A stretch of 32,000 nt of DNA from Candidatus Saccharimonadota bacterium (GCA_025349965.1 CP075337.1:630001-662000), one strand, 5' to 3'; shown: positions 7,516 to 17,372, counted from the stretch's first letter. Made by a program: numbers and translations. The notes: generated by a model from the sequence alone, not told the origin.

Positions 7516-7989
7516 CTACGCCGTCTCCGTGTCAGCCGTCTGTTCTAAATTCTTGCGACGTTCTTCGAGAATCTGTACAAAATCATCAAGGGTTTTAAAC
7601 TCCTGATACACACTCGCAAATCGTACGTACGCAACTTCATTGCGCTTGGCAAGCTCGTCAAGCACTTTGTCACCTACCTGCTTTGAGGTAATTTCACTCT
7701 CTCCAAGATCATAGAGTGCGTCTTCAATAGCGTCAATCATCGCCTCAACCTCTACTTCAGAGGTAAAAAACTTACCAACAGACTGTTTAATAGCATTGGC
7801 AAGCTTTTCGCGATCATACAGTTCACGCGTACCGGTCTTTTTAATAATGGCGAGGTTTGGCTTTTCGATACGTTCGTATGTTGTGAAACGAGTACCGTCC
7901 GGCGCTTCGCGACGGCGACGAATTGTCACACCATCGCTTACTTCGCGAGATTCAATAACTCGACTATCACCGATGATGACCTTGCTCAT
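7516..7989 (-). CDS. nrdR: NrdR-like transcriptional repressor (ATP-cone) with a degenerate zinc ribbon
   Basis: RRRRE...RFTTYERIE and the ATP-cone region (LYDREKLANAIKQS..., VAYVRFASVYQEF) match NrdR. No cysteine occurs in the N-terminal 45 aa. Confidence 0.8.
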   Translation of the reverse strand: MSKVIIGDSRVIESREVSDGVTIRRRREAPDGTRFTTYERIEKPNLAIIKKTGTRELYDREKLANAIKQSVGKFFTSEVEVEAMIDAIEDALYDLGESEITSKQVGDKVLDELAKRNEVAYVRFASVYQEFKTLDDFVQILEERRKNLEQTADTETA

Positions 7990-7997
7990 ATAGCTGC

Positions 7998-9233
7998 CTA
8001 CTTCTCCTCAGCGTTCTTCTTATTCTTGTTCTTCTTGCGTCGGCGGAGGAAAGCCGGAGTATCAGACTCGTCGTCTTCTTCTGGCGGCTGATTCCAGATA
8101 TCATTTGAGGACTCTTCTGCGAAAATAGCAGCGGACTCACTGTGGTCAAGATCCATATCAATAGCATTAACAGCTTCTTCGTCGATTGCAGCGTTCATCT
8201 TATTTGTAATGTCAGACGGGGTGTTACTTGTAGTGGTATCACCCTGCTCAATTGCAGGTGCTTCTTCTTCAAAGTAAGCAGAATCGAAGCCGGTTGCGAT
8301 AACAGTAATAACAAGCTCATCTTCAATTTCAGGCTTGAGCGTTGCACCGAAGATAATGTTTGCATCTGGCGAAACAGCACTGGTAATAATTTCAGCAGCT
8401 TCCTGGATTTCAGACATGCTCATGTCGTAACCACCAGTAACATTGAAGAGTACACCGCGAGCACCATCAATTGATACCTCAATAAGTGGTGATTCAATTG
8501 CCTGTTGCGCAGCTAGCGCGGCACGGTTGTCACCTGAAGCGCGACCGATACCCATAAGAGCTGAACCAGCGTTACTCATAATTGCCTTTACGTCAGCGAA
8601 GTCAAGGTTAATGAGCCCGTGCTCAGTAATGAGCTCTGAAATACCCTGCACACCCTGGCGAAGTACATCGTCAGCGATCTTGAAGGTTTCAAGCAGTGGC
8701 GTACGGCGGTCAATTGTCTGGAGAAGACGATCATTTGGAATGGTAATGAGTGTATCAACACTGCGACGAAGCTGAGAAATTGCCCACTCGGCATTTTGAC
8801 GACGCTTTTCGCCCTCAAAACTGAATGGACGAGTTGCAACACCAACTACAAGAATGCCAAGTTCACGCGCAACTTCGGCAACAACATGTCCAGCACCCGA
8901 GCCAGTACCACCACCAGCGCCAATTGTCACAAAGACCATATCAGCACCTTCAATTGCCTTCTTAATCTCGTCACGAGACTCATTTGCAGCCGCTTCACCC
9001 TTGGTTGGGTCTGCACCAGCGCCAAGCCCTGATGTTGTTTCGTGGCCAAGGTGAATCTTTACATCCGCCTTGCTGTTGTGAAGCGCCTGGGCGTCCGTGT
9101 TCATAGCGATAAACTGAACACCATTGAGGCCCGCCTCTTTCATACGGTTTACTGCAGAGCCGCCTGCTCCACCAACGCCAACAACCTTGATGCTTGCGAA
9201 CGTCTGAATATCACTTGGTTTTACTTCAGGCAT
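7998..9233 (-). CDS. ftsZ: Cell division GTPase FtsZ
   Basis: GGGTGSG tubulin signature, NTDAQAL, and a C-terminal DTPAFLRRR peptide. Start placed at ATG 9233 (AGGGGAG 7 nt upstream) rather than the ORF-track start at 9269. Confidence 0.95.
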   Translation of the reverse strand: MPEVKPSDIQTFASIKVVGVGGAGGSAVNRMKEAGLNGVQFIAMNTDAQALHNSKADVKIHLGHETTSGLGAGADPTKGEAAANESRDEIKKAIEGADMVFVTIGAGGGTGSGAGHVVAEVARELGILVVGVATRPFSFEGEKRRQNAEWAISQLRRSVDTLITIPNDRLLQTIDRRTPLLETFKIADDVLRQGVQGISELITEHGLINLDFADVKAIMSNAGSALMGIGRASGDNRAALAAQQAIESPLIEVSIDGARGVLFNVTGGYDMSMSEIQEAAEIITSAVSPDANIIFGATLKPEIEDELVITVIATGFDSAYFEEEAPAIEQGDTTTSNTPSDITNKMNAAIDEEAVNAIDMDLDHSESAAIFAEESSNDIWNQPPEEDDESDTPAFLRRRKKNKNKKNAEEK

Positions 9234-9315
9234 GCCTGTCTCTCCCCTAGTCTTACTATCTCTTTGCACTTAATTATAACACTTAGCCCCGTATGTGAAT
9301 ACTGCCGAGCCGTAA

Positions 9316-10560
9316 CTATGGCTTGAACCATCCGAAAAGCTTTGAAGCTTTGCCCTTAAGGTCTTTCGCATTTGGAGTCTTGAGTTTAAGACCTCCACTC
9401 GACTTTCGCTCAGGTGCCGGCCCCTGTTCCGCATCAATCAGCATGAGGCCAATTGCCGTTGCGAACTCAAGTTTATCAATGTCGTCAGCCACGCCACCAA
9501 AGCCAGATGGTTGCCCAAGGCGAGCTGAAAGCCCAAGCGCCTCTTTAGCATATTCTGTCATATGCTTCATTTTTGACGCGCCACCCACAAGCACCACACC
9601 ACCAGGAAGACGGCCGGCGCGGCCAGCTTTCTTGAGGTGCGCCTGGACTCCTTCAAAGATTTCTTCAAGACGCGCTTCAACAATTTCATTCAAATCTTCA
9701 GCAGAGAACGTGTACGTTTCCTTCTCGTGCTTGATTTCTACAGACTCTTTTTCGGCGTGGCTCAGCGCGCACGCATGCTTTACTTTTACAAGCTCGGCAA
9801 TTTCTGGATCTGTCTTAAGACCAATCGCGAGATCATTAGTAATGTTATTGCCACCAATTGCGACAACGCCGGCATACTGGAGGTCACCCTCTTCGTATAC
9901 GGCAATACTTGTCGTTGCACCACCCATATCAATAACTGCAACACCGTTTTCGAGCTGCGATTCACTTAGTACAGCACGAGCCGCAGCCATAGCTGTTGGT
10001 ACAATCGCGTGAGGCGTCACCTGAGCAGACTCGGCCGTCTTTTCAACGTTCACAAGATACGGCGTGAGCGCAGATACAACATGCGCGTCAATCTCAAGGC
10101 GCGTGCCCGTCATCCCGAGCGGATCTTTAATGCCGTCCTGCCCATCAAGGCGGTACGAGTGTGGAATAACATCAAGAATTTCACGATTTGCTGGGATTTT
10201 ACCAAGCGTCGCTACTTCTTTAATGCGCTCCAAATCCTCCGGATTAATTTCGTGATCACCAGCGCCAACCGCAACCATGCCATCTGCATGAGTTGTAAGA
10301 ATATGCGTACCATTGACGCTCAACGACGCGCCATGCACTTGGTAGCCACTCATGCGCTCCGCTTCGCCAAGCGCTGTATCAATTGCCTGACCTGGACCCT
10401 GAAGATTTACTACCACTCCTTTGCGCATACCAGAGTTGGCAGCCTGACCAACTCCAACAATTGTAGGTACACCCGTGGCACTGTCAACGTGCGCAACAAT
10501 CGCGCGCACCTTTGTCGTCCCAATATCGAGGCCGATGGCGTATTGAGAATTTTCCTGCAT
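9316..10560 (-). CDS. ftsA: Cell division protein FtsA (actin-like ATPase)
   Basis: AIGLDIGTTKVR phosphate-1 motif and VIDMGGATT. Lies upstream of ftsZ. Start placed at ATG 10560, 7 nt downstream of a TATACT -10 box. Confidence 0.9.
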   Translation of the reverse strand: MQENSQYAIGLDIGTTKVRAIVAHVDSATGVPTIVGVGQAANSGMRKGVVVNLQGPGQAIDTALGEAERMSGYQVHGASLSVNGTHILTTHADGMVAVGAGDHEINPEDLERIKEVATLGKIPANREILDVIPHSYRLDGQDGIKDPLGMTGTRLEIDAHVVSALTPYLVNVEKTAESAQVTPHAIVPTAMAAARAVLSESQLENGVAVIDMGGATTSIAVYEEGDLQYAGVVAIGGNNITNDLAIGLKTDPEIAELVKVKHACALSHAEKESVEIKHEKETYTFSAEDLNEIVEARLEEIFEGVQAHLKKAGRAGRLPGGVVLVGGASKMKHMTEYAKEALGLSARLGQPSGFGGVADDIDKLEFATAIGLMLIDAEQGPAPERKSSGGLKLKTPNAKDLKGKASKLFGWFKP

Positions 10561-10567
10561 ATGCTTT

Positions 10568-10596
10568 AGTATACTGCTTGTGGTGGGGGTTGTAAA
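10568..10596 (-). promoter_or_regulatory. Sigma70-type promoter TTTACA-17-TATACT for ftsA (leaderless geometry)
   Basis: -35 at 10591-10596, 17-nt spacer, -10 at 10568-10573, then 7 nt to ATG 10560. Confidence 0.6.
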
Positions 10597-10616
10597 CCGC
10601 ACAGCAGTAACAAGGA

Positions 10617-11039
10617 CTACTCTTCTAGTCCAGCCTCTAGCCGCTCCAGCAACTGAAGCTCACGAATGCTCTCGGCGGCCCATTCAGTAATGGGATGTTT
10701 TGCGAAATGAACGACTGAGTAATTAAAATCGTCCCGAATAAGCATGACAGAAGCAAGCACTTGATGTCCGCGCCGACGAAAAAGCGTGATGTAGTCGTCG
10801 GTCATAATACCCGTTTCGCCACGCCGAAGCGCCTCTTCTTTTGCAGAGGGAAGAAGGAGTTTTGTTTCATACTCGAAAAAATATGCTAGTGTACGAGGGC
10901 TTAAATCGAGAGAGTTCTGAATATTACTCAGGTATGCCTCTTGCAGCGCACTCGCTTCAATTGCATCTTGAAGCACTACAGTGGGCGGAACCTCAACCGC
11001 CTCAAAAGCTCTCATAAAATCAGGGCGTTCTGGATTCAT
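10617..11039 (-). CDS. Hypothetical cytoplasmic protein
   Basis: Start at ATG 11039 with GGAGGA 6 nt upstream; the ORF-track start at 11045 is a GTG inside the spacer. No recognisable motif. Confidence 0.6.
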   Translation of the reverse strand: MNPERPDFMRAFEAVEVPPTVVLQDAIEASALQEAYLSNIQNSLDLSPRTLAYFFEYETKLLLPSAKEEALRRGETGIMTDDYITLFRRRGHQVLASVMLIRDDFNYSVVHFAKHPITEWAAESIRELQLLERLEAGLEE

Positions 11040-11072
11040 TCTCACTCCTCCACCCGTTTACTTTATACTTCA

Positions 11073-11081
11073 AGTATAGCA
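11073..11081 (-). promoter_or_regulatory. Extended -10 promoter TGcTATACT upstream of the 140-aa gene
   Basis: The minus strand reads acacTGcTATACTtgaag. It is embedded in the palindrome at 11064-11078. Confidence 0.45.
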
Positions 11082-11089
11082 GTGTAGCG

Positions 11090-11842
11090 CTACACTTGCG
11101 TCAAGATTTCTACGCCGTCTTCGGTAACAAGTACCGTGTGTTCAAACTGTGCACCAAGGCTGCCGTCGCGCATGCTAATCGTCCAGCCGTCATCTTCAAC
11201 CACAACGCGTTCACCACCAAGACTTGCCATCGGCTCAATTGCAATCGTATCGCCAGGAGCAAGGAGTGGACCACTTCCCTTTTTACCGTAATTCGGCACC
11301 TCTGGAGCTTCATGCATCGTATGCCCAACACCATGACCAACAAGTTCGCGGACAATGCCCACTTTAGCGTCTTTTAAGACTTTCTCTACCGCCGCGCTAA
11401 TATCACCTACGCGGACTGGGCCTTTAATAGCATCGATGCCAGCGTACAGTGCACGTTCAGTTGCCTGAAGAAGATGCTTCTGCGCACCGGTTGCCTTGTT
11501 GCCAACTACCATAGTAAAAGCACTGTCGGTTTTCATCTTCTTATATTCAATCACGAGGTCAAAGCCAACCACGTCACCCTCTTGAAGTACATAATCCGTT
11601 GGGATACCATGCACGAGTTGCTCATTCGTTGAAATACATATCACCGCTGGGAAGTTCACTTCGGCTGTTTTATAGGTTGCAATTGCACCACGGCGCTTAA
11701 TTTCCGCTTCCACCCATGCATCAAGTTCTTTTTCAGAAACTCCAGGCTTCACCTGTTTGCGAAGTCCAGCAAAAATCTCCGCCAAGATCTTTCCACCTTC
11801 GCGCATTGCCTGAATTTCTTCTGGAGTTTTCACTTTCTGCAC
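11090..11842 (-). CDS. map: Methionine aminopeptidase type I
   Basis: Typical MetAP-I layout (HGIP, metal ligands D..D..H..E..E: FDLVIEY, GHGVGHTMHE, IEPM, FEHTVLVT). Confidence 0.95.
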   Translation of the reverse strand: MQKVKTPEEIQAMREGGKILAEIFAGLRKQVKPGVSEKELDAWVEAEIKRRGAIATYKTAEVNFPAVICISTNEQLVHGIPTDYVLQEGDVVGFDLVIEYKKMKTDSAFTMVVGNKATGAQKHLLQATERALYAGIDAIKGPVRVGDISAAVEKVLKDAKVGIVRELVGHGVGHTMHEAPEVPNYGKKGSGPLLAPGDTIAIEPMASLGGERVVVEDDGWTISMRDGSLGAQFEHTVLVTEDGVEILTQV

Positions 11843-12387
11843 TACACAAGCTCCCTATTTTGTAGCTCAAGGAAGATACGATCGTGAATTTGCCCAACGT
11901 TACCAGTACCATCAATATGCACCACTGGAATGCGATTACTTGTAAAGAGGCCGAGGATTGGATACATTTCTTCACGGTAAATAGCCAGGCGCTCATCGAT
12001 AGCCTCTGGGGTGTCATCGACGCGTCCACGAATACGAAGACGATTAAGCAGTTCAGCACGCGGCACCTCAAGCACTACTACAAGACCAATGTCACGGCCA
12101 TGATCAGACCGGCTATTCAGCAGCCATTCTGCTTGTTCAAACTGGCGAGGAAATCCATCAAGAATAATTTGGTCAATATCACCTGCTTTTGAAATTGCCT
12201 CACTCATAATACGAGTAATTACTTCGTGCGGAATAAGCTTCCCCTCACTCATAGTCTGAAGTAATTCAGGATCGTGCGCGTCGCGAAGAATCTGCCCTGC
12301 ACTCAACCAGCGCCACCCCATGCGCGCTGCTAAAATTTGTCCCTGCATACTTTTACCAGCTCCCGCTGGTCCGAAAAAGATGATCAT
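11842..12387 (-). CDS. adk: Adenylate kinase, short (no Zn lid) form
   Basis: P-loop GPAGAGKS, ILDGFPR, and LRIRGRVDDTPEAIDERL. Overlaps the map start by 1 nt. Confidence 0.85.
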   Translation of the reverse strand: MIIFFGPAGAGKSMQGQILAARMGWRWLSAGQILRDAHDPELLQTMSEGKLIPHEVITRIMSEAISKAGDIDQIILDGFPRQFEQAEWLLNSRSDHGRDIGLVVVLEVPRAELLNRLRIRGRVDDTPEAIDERLAIYREEMYPILGLFTSNRIPVVHIDGTGNVGQIHDRIFLELQNRELV

Positions 12388-12411
12388 CCCCTAAGATTTC
12401 CTAATTAATTT

Positions 12412-12861
12412 TTAAAGTTTTTCTTTTACAAGACGCGCAATCACCGCACCGTCTGCGCTTGAGCCAAGCTTGCCTTTTACAGCACCGATAACTTGCCCCA
12501 TAGCTTGTGGGCCACTGACACCAAGATCTGCAATCATCGCGTCAATTACTGTGGCGATTTCATCTTCCGAAAGTTGCTCTGGAAGATATTCAGACAGAAT
12601 AGCCGCTTCTGCGTTTTCATTCTCTACGAGCTCCGGCCGACCGGCAGCTTCAAACTGCGCCGCGCTATCTGCACGCTTTTTTACTTCTTTTGCAATCAGT
12701 TGTTCAATAGCCGCGTCTTCAAGACCTTCGTCACGCTTACCTTGCGCAACTTCCTCGTTCAAAACCGCAGCTTTAAGATTTCGTAATACTTCCCCACGAA
12801 AACGATCGCCGCCCAAAAGAGCGGCTTTTATATCGTTATCGAGTTGTGCTTTAAGCGACAC
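12412..12861 (-). CDS. GatB/YqeY-domain protein
   Basis: The ...IKAALLGGD..R..VLRNLKAAV.NEE... pattern with an acidic middle region. Shows the classic rpsU-yqeY adjacency. GTG start. Confidence 0.8.
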   Translation of the reverse strand: MSLKAQLDNDIKAALLGGDRFRGEVLRNLKAAVLNEEVAQGKRDEGLEDAAIEQLIAKEVKKRADSAAQFEAAGRPELVENENAEAAILSEYLPEQLSEDEIATVIDAMIADLGVSGPQAMGQVIGAVKGKLGSSADGAVIARLVKEKL

Positions 12862-12875
12862 TCTGATGCAATCCT

Positions 12876-13091
12876 TTAGCGGAGACCGAGACGAGCTTTA
12901 GTAAGCTTCTCTGCCTTACGCTCCTTACGGATGATCGCCTTCTTGCGGCGCTCAGTCTTGCTGATGTCCTTTGAAAAGCGCATAGATGCCTTCGCTTCTG
13001 CGAGAACACCACTCTGTAGCACCTTTCGGTTGAAACGACGGATAATGTTCTCGTTCGCTTCGCGTTCGTCTTTACGTGTTACTTGTACCAT
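12876..13091 (-). CDS. rpsU: 30S ribosomal protein S21
   Basis: Has a basic C-terminus (KTERRKKAIIRKERKAEKL) and the RRFNRKV motif. ATG 13091 is preferred because the ORF-track GTG at 13103 overlaps the -10 box. Confidence 0.85.
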   Translation of the reverse strand: MVQVTRKDEREANENIIRRFNRKVLQSGVLAEAKASMRFSKDISKTERRKKAIIRKERKAEKLTKARLGLR

Positions 13092-13101
13092 ATCGTAGTC
13101 C

Positions 13102-13110
13102 ACTATAACA
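13102..13110 (-). promoter_or_regulatory. Extended -10 promoter TGtTATAGT, 10 nt upstream of the rpsU ATG
   Basis: The minus strand reads cTGtTATAGTggactacgatATG. Confidence 0.5.
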
Positions 13111-13143
13111 GATTAGAAAGAGTTCTGCAACACTGCCCTCACC

Positions 13144-13152
13144 TGTTATACT
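13144..13152 (+). promoter_or_regulatory. Extended -10 promoter TGtTATACT, 6 nt upstream of the ABC ATPase ATG
   Basis: Reads cTGtTATACTaagtgcATG. No SD. Confidence 0.5.
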
Positions 13153-13158
13153 AAGTGC

Positions 13159-13944
13159 ATGACAAAACCAATCGTTCACGTAGAAGATTTCAGCCTTACA
13201 ATTGGCGAGAAAAAGATTGTTAAAAACTTAAATTTTGATGTACTCCCGGGTGAAGTGTTTGCTTTTCTTGGAGCAAATGGCTCCGGCAAGACAAGTACCA
13301 TCCGCTCACTACTTGGAATTTATCAGCAAACTACTGGAGAGCTCCTTGTAAACGGCACACCCCTCACTCCGGAAAGCGCCGCAGTAGTCGGCTATCTTCC
13401 AGAAGAGCGCGGCCTCTACACCCGCTCAAAGGTGCTTGATACAATGATTTACTTTGGTGAGCTAAAAGGCATGACCCGCGATGACGCTCGTGACTTTTCG
13501 GTTGCATTTCTTGAACGCGTCGAACTTGCAGATAAGGCAAACATTAAAATCAAGAAGCTTTCCGGCGGACAACAGCAGAAGATTCAGCTTGGCGTTGCTA
13601 TCATGGGTGATCCACAGCTACTTATCTTGGACGAGCCGACCAAGGGACTTGACCCAGTCAACCGCAAGCTCCTCCTTGATATTGTTGATGAACTCCAAGA
13701 AAAAGGTACGGCAGTTATTTATATTACCCACCTCATGGAAGAGGTTGAGCGCCTTGCCGACCGCCTTCTCATTCTAAAAGACGGCGTCGCACGCGCCTAT
13801 GGGACCGTTGCGGAAGTAAAGGAAGAATTTACCTCAACATCAATTGAAGACATCTTTGTACAAATTTACAAGGAAAAGAGCAACGTCGTGGGCGCTGAAG
13901 CGGCTCCATCAAAAAAGAAAACCACGAAAAAGGAGGGTAAATAA
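13159..13944 (+). CDS. ABC transporter ATP-binding protein (ABC-2/NatA-like)
   Basis: Walker A GANGSGKT, signature LSGGQQQK, Walker B LLILDEPT. Confidence 0.9.
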   Translation: MTKPIVHVEDFSLTIGEKKIVKNLNFDVLPGEVFAFLGANGSGKTSTIRSLLGIYQQTTGELLVNGTPLTPESAAVVGYLPEERGLYTRSKVLDTMIYFGELKGMTRDDARDFSVAFLERVELADKANIKIKKLSGGQQQKIQLGVAIMGDPQLLILDEPTKGLDPVNRKLLLDIVDELQEKGTAVIYITHLMEEVERLADRLLILKDGVARAYGTVAEVKEEFTSTSIEDIFVQIYKEKSNVVGAEAAPSKKKTTKKEGK

Positions 13945-15177
13945 ATGTCTAAGCTCCGTTCAGTTATTCGCCACGAATATTTAACAATTGTGAAACAGCC
14001 GAGCTTCTGGATTGTTATGATTGCTATTCCAGCCATTATTGCGCTTATTGGCGTGCTCACTATTCTTGGGAATAAAAATAGCGCTGACCGTATCCAGGAA
14101 ATTTCAAAAGATATTAAAAATGTCGCCATTGTTGACCAAAGCGGTTTAATCAACAAAGACGTAGCCGCAGCCGCAGAACTAAAAATCAGCCCTGCAGAAA
14201 AAATCAATACACTACGCGACAAGGTAAAGAGTGGCGAAAAAGAAGCGCTCATCGTCTACCCTTCATCTTTAAAGAAAGATCGCTCATATCAACTCTATTT
14301 AAGTTCTGATGATCTTACAAAAATGGGAGCGATATCTACACTGGCAGATAACCTCCTAAAAACAAGTGTTTTCTTACCACTTGGTTCACCGGAAGTCATC
14401 GCCATCGCACAAGGTGGCGCAACTGCAGATATGACCTTTTATAAAGATGGTCGCGAAACAGCCGGCTTTAATGAATACGTCGTCCCAGGGCTCTTCGTCG
14501 TGCTCTTCTATATCATCTTTGCCTTCTCTATTGGCTACATGCTTACAAGCGTGAGTGAAGAAAAAGAAAACCGCTCTATGGAAATGGTACTCACGTATGT
14601 GCAGCCGCGAACGCTCATTCTTGGCAAGCTTCTGGCCGTCATGCTTGTGACGCTCACCCAAGTCGCATTCTTCGGGCTCCTTGCTATACTTGCGCTTGTT
14701 GTGGCGCCACACGTAGGTGTGACTGTTGCCCTGCCGTTTGGCATTGACCTCGCCAAGCTCGTCTTCGACCCAATTGCCATCACCCTCGGCTTCGCCTTCC
14801 TCTTTACCGGCTTCCTCATGTATGCCGGCTTTATGACCGCAACTGCCGCAATTGCCCCTTCCGCAAAAGAAGCAAACAGCTTCTCTGGCGTCTTCTTCAT
14901 TGGTGCATTCATTCCGTTCTACTTCATCTATATGATCGCGACGGACCCAGAGAATAAAATCGTCAGCTTCCTCACTTACTTCCCGCTTACCTCGCCGGTT
15001 GTTTCGCTTATCCGAAACACGGTTGGCAACTTTAACGGCCTCGAGGGATGGATTGCCCTTGCGGTAATGTTCGCATTCATGCTCGTAAGTATCTGGGTTG
15101 CTGTGCGCGCATTCAAGCTCGGAGCACTCGAATTTTCACAAACAATTAAGCTTTCGAGTTTGTTTAAAAAGTCGTAG
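13945..15177 (+). CDS. ABC-2 type permease (NatB-like)
   Basis: N-terminal TM helix, a large extracytoplasmic loop, then about 5 C-terminal TM helices. GGAGGG SD upstream. The start abuts the ATPase stop. Confidence 0.8.
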   Translation: MSKLRSVIRHEYLTIVKQPSFWIVMIAIPAIIALIGVLTILGNKNSADRIQEISKDIKNVAIVDQSGLINKDVAAAAELKISPAEKINTLRDKVKSGEKEALIVYPSSLKKDRSYQLYLSSDDLTKMGAISTLADNLLKTSVFLPLGSPEVIAIAQGGATADMTFYKDGRETAGFNEYVVPGLFVVLFYIIFAFSIGYMLTSVSEEKENRSMEMVLTYVQPRTLILGKLLAVMLVTLTQVAFFGLLAILALVVAPHVGVTVALPFGIDLAKLVFDPIAITLGFAFLFTGFLMYAGFMTATAAIAPSAKEANSFSGVFFIGAFIPFYFIYMIATDPENKIVSFLTYFPLTSPVVSLIRNTVGNFNGLEGWIALAVMFAFMLVSIWVAVRAFKLGALEFSQTIKLSSLFKKS

Positions 15178-15192
15178 ATGTAGCCCTAAAAG

Positions 15193-15224
15193 AAAAGCAC
15201 CCTTAGTCGGGTGCTTTTCTTTTT
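15193..15224. terminator. Bidirectional rho-independent terminator
   Basis: AAAA-GCACCC-ttagtc-GGGTGC-TTTTCTTTTT between the convergent ABC permease and recJ genes. Confidence 0.75.
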
Positions 15225-16908
15225 ACTCAATACTCTCCAGATGTAGAAGACGTCCCTCAACCGATCGTCGCCCATTCCACTCATTAATATCAAGCTGGTA
15301 CCACACTTTCACGACAGCACCTGGCTCCTGGAAAAAATGTTCCGGTGCATTAAATGCAAGCATATCAATCTTCTTGCCGTCTTGTTCAAGTGTCAACTTT
15401 ACGTGCTGCCCCTCCTGCCCCATAACACGTCGGTTCATAACGCGAACGTTAGTGGTTTGCAAAATAGGCTGCGGGTTGCCACTTCCAAAAGGCTCAAGTT
15501 GTGCAATTTGATTCACTAATTCTTCGGTAAGCTCATGAAGCAGTGCATCCGTATCGGCGCTCGGAAGTAGTAGCTTTTCCTGATCTTTAATTTTAGAATC
15601 TTTATAGAATTGATTGACGCGCTTCCTAAATGCAGCGATATTCTCTACTGGCAGTGTTACGCCTGCGGCAAGCTTGTGACCGCCACCCTTCGTAATAATG
15701 TCGTCGCTGGCACGAATTGCATCCGCAGCGCTAAAATCACCAAAACTGCGGGCTGATCCCTTCGCTTCGCCATCATGCTCCGCCAGCACATACACTGGCT
15801 TCTGGTACCGCTCAAGTAACTTCGCCGCTACAATTCCCACAATACCGTGATTCCATCCTGGCGCGCTTACGACAAGCACTGAATCGTTTAATAACTCCTC
15901 CGCCTGCACAATAGCTTCTTTGAAAATACCATCCTGATCACGGCGGCGCGTTTGATTCATATCATCAAGTTGGCGCGCAAGGCGCAATGCTTCCATAGGA
16001 TCTGTTGCCCTAAGCATATCAAGCGCATACTGTGCAGTCTCCAGCCGTCCCGAGGCATTCATGCGGGGACCAAGCCCAAACCCAAGACTACGAGCATTTA
16101 CCGTCGCTGGTGTTACACCAGAGACTGCCATCAACGCCTTTAAGCCAAGCCGACGCGTTTGCGCCAGCACCTTCAGTCCCCAATAGACAATTGCTCTATT
16201 TTCATCAACCAACGTAACAATATCGCAGACCGTCCCAAGCGCCACTAAATCGAGCAGCCACTTCTCCTGACCCTCCGGCATACCATCAAGCCGTGTTTGC
16301 AACGCCTGTACAAGTTTAAATGCCACCCCTACGCCAGCAAGGTCAAGAAATGGATAAATCTTACCCTGATACTGTGAATCTTTTTTAAGAATATATTTCT
16401 CATAGTCATCTGGATAGTCTTGCAGGAGGCGCTTTGGATTCACTACACCAATTGCCGGTGGCTGCTCTGGCGCCACATTGTGGTGATCGGTCACAATCAC
16501 ATCTACACCAAGCTCCTTGGCACGTGCAATCTCAACATGGCTCAAACTTCCGCAGTCCACGGTAATCACAAGTTCAGCACCGTCCGCAGCAATACGCTCA
16601 ATTGCATCAACGGTCAGTCCATATCCTTCAGTAAAACGGTTTGGGATGAAGGCCTTCACGTGCTCAAAACCAAACTGCGCCAAAGCATCAAGTAGCACTG
16701 ATGTCGCCGTTAATCCGTCAATGTCATAATCACCATAAATAGTAATACGTTGCTGCTTTTCATACGCCTCAACCAACCGCTCAACCACTTTGTCCATGTC
16801 AGGAAGTAAAAACGGATCATGCTTGGCATCATAATTTGGCGTCAAAAAAGGCGCAACCATTGCACCTTCAAGCCCGCGGGCTTTCAAAATTCGAGAAAAG
16901 ACGTCCAC
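15223..16908 (-). CDS. recJ: Single-stranded-DNA-specific exonuclease RecJ
   Basis: DHH-family motifs (YGDYDIDG, ITVDCG, VTDHH) and DHHA1 (GGGHKLAAG). Confidence 0.9.
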   Translation of the reverse strand: MDVFSRILKARGLEGAMVAPFLTPNYDAKHDPFLLPDMDKVVERLVEAYEKQQRITIYGDYDIDGLTATSVLLDALAQFGFEHVKAFIPNRFTEGYGLTVDAIERIAADGAELVITVDCGSLSHVEIARAKELGVDVIVTDHHNVAPEQPPAIGVVNPKRLLQDYPDDYEKYILKKDSQYQGKIYPFLDLAGVGVAFKLVQALQTRLDGMPEGQEKWLLDLVALGTVCDIVTLVDENRAIVYWGLKVLAQTRRLGLKALMAVSGVTPATVNARSLGFGLGPRMNASGRLETAQYALDMLRATDPMEALRLARQLDDMNQTRRRDQDGIFKEAIVQAEELLNDSVLVVSAPGWNHGIVGIVAAKLLERYQKPVYVLAEHDGEAKGSARSFGDFSAADAIRASDDIITKGGGHKLAAGVTLPVENIAAFRKRVNQFYKDSKIKDQEKLLLPSADTDALLHELTEELVNQIAQLEPFGSGNPQPILQTTNVRVMNRRVMGQEGQHVKLTLEQDGKKIDMLAFNAPEHFFQEPGAVVKVWYQLDINEWNGRRSVEGRLLHLESIE

Positions 16909-16909
16909 T

Positions 16910-17212
16910 CTACTTTACGTCGGCAGAGGTGCGCTTTGGACGCGCAGCGTGCTGCTGAGATTTAATCACAATACTCTGAAGTTCCTTGAAAATTGGGAAC
17001 TGCTTGTTTGTAGCGTAAATCTTAGTATTGCCTTGCTTTTCACTCAGAAGGAAGCCAATTTTCTCAAGACGGCGGAGTTCGCGCTGAATATTACCTGGGT
17101 CTTCTTTAATAAGCTTCGCAAGCCCACGAACATGAGTACGGAAATCAGGATACTTCGCATATACAACAACGATTTTTCGTCGCACCCTGGATGTAATAAA
17201 GACGTCTAACAT
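16910..17212 (-). CDS. Winged-helix (ArsR/PadR-like) DNA-binding protein
   Basis: Helix-turn-helix-like segment (VRGLAKLIKEDPGNIQRELRRLEKIGFL) followed by a wing (NTKIYATN). Only a 1-nt gap to recJ. Confidence 0.55.
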   Translation of the reverse strand: MLDVFITSRVRRKIVVVYAKYPDFRTHVRGLAKLIKEDPGNIQRELRRLEKIGFLLSEKQGNTKIYATNKQFPIFKELQSIVIKSQQHAARPKRTSADVK

Positions 17213-17372
17213 AAGTCCCCTTTTACTTTTTCTATCTCCGTTTGGCTCTCCAGCCTGTTCCTTCTATCATATACGCTTTGTGGTGATTTCGTCAACGGGT
17301 TGTTGTGAAATTAGTAACTTTAACGACACCCCCTGCTACCCGGAAAGCGTAAGCGACAAGTTAATAATTTAA

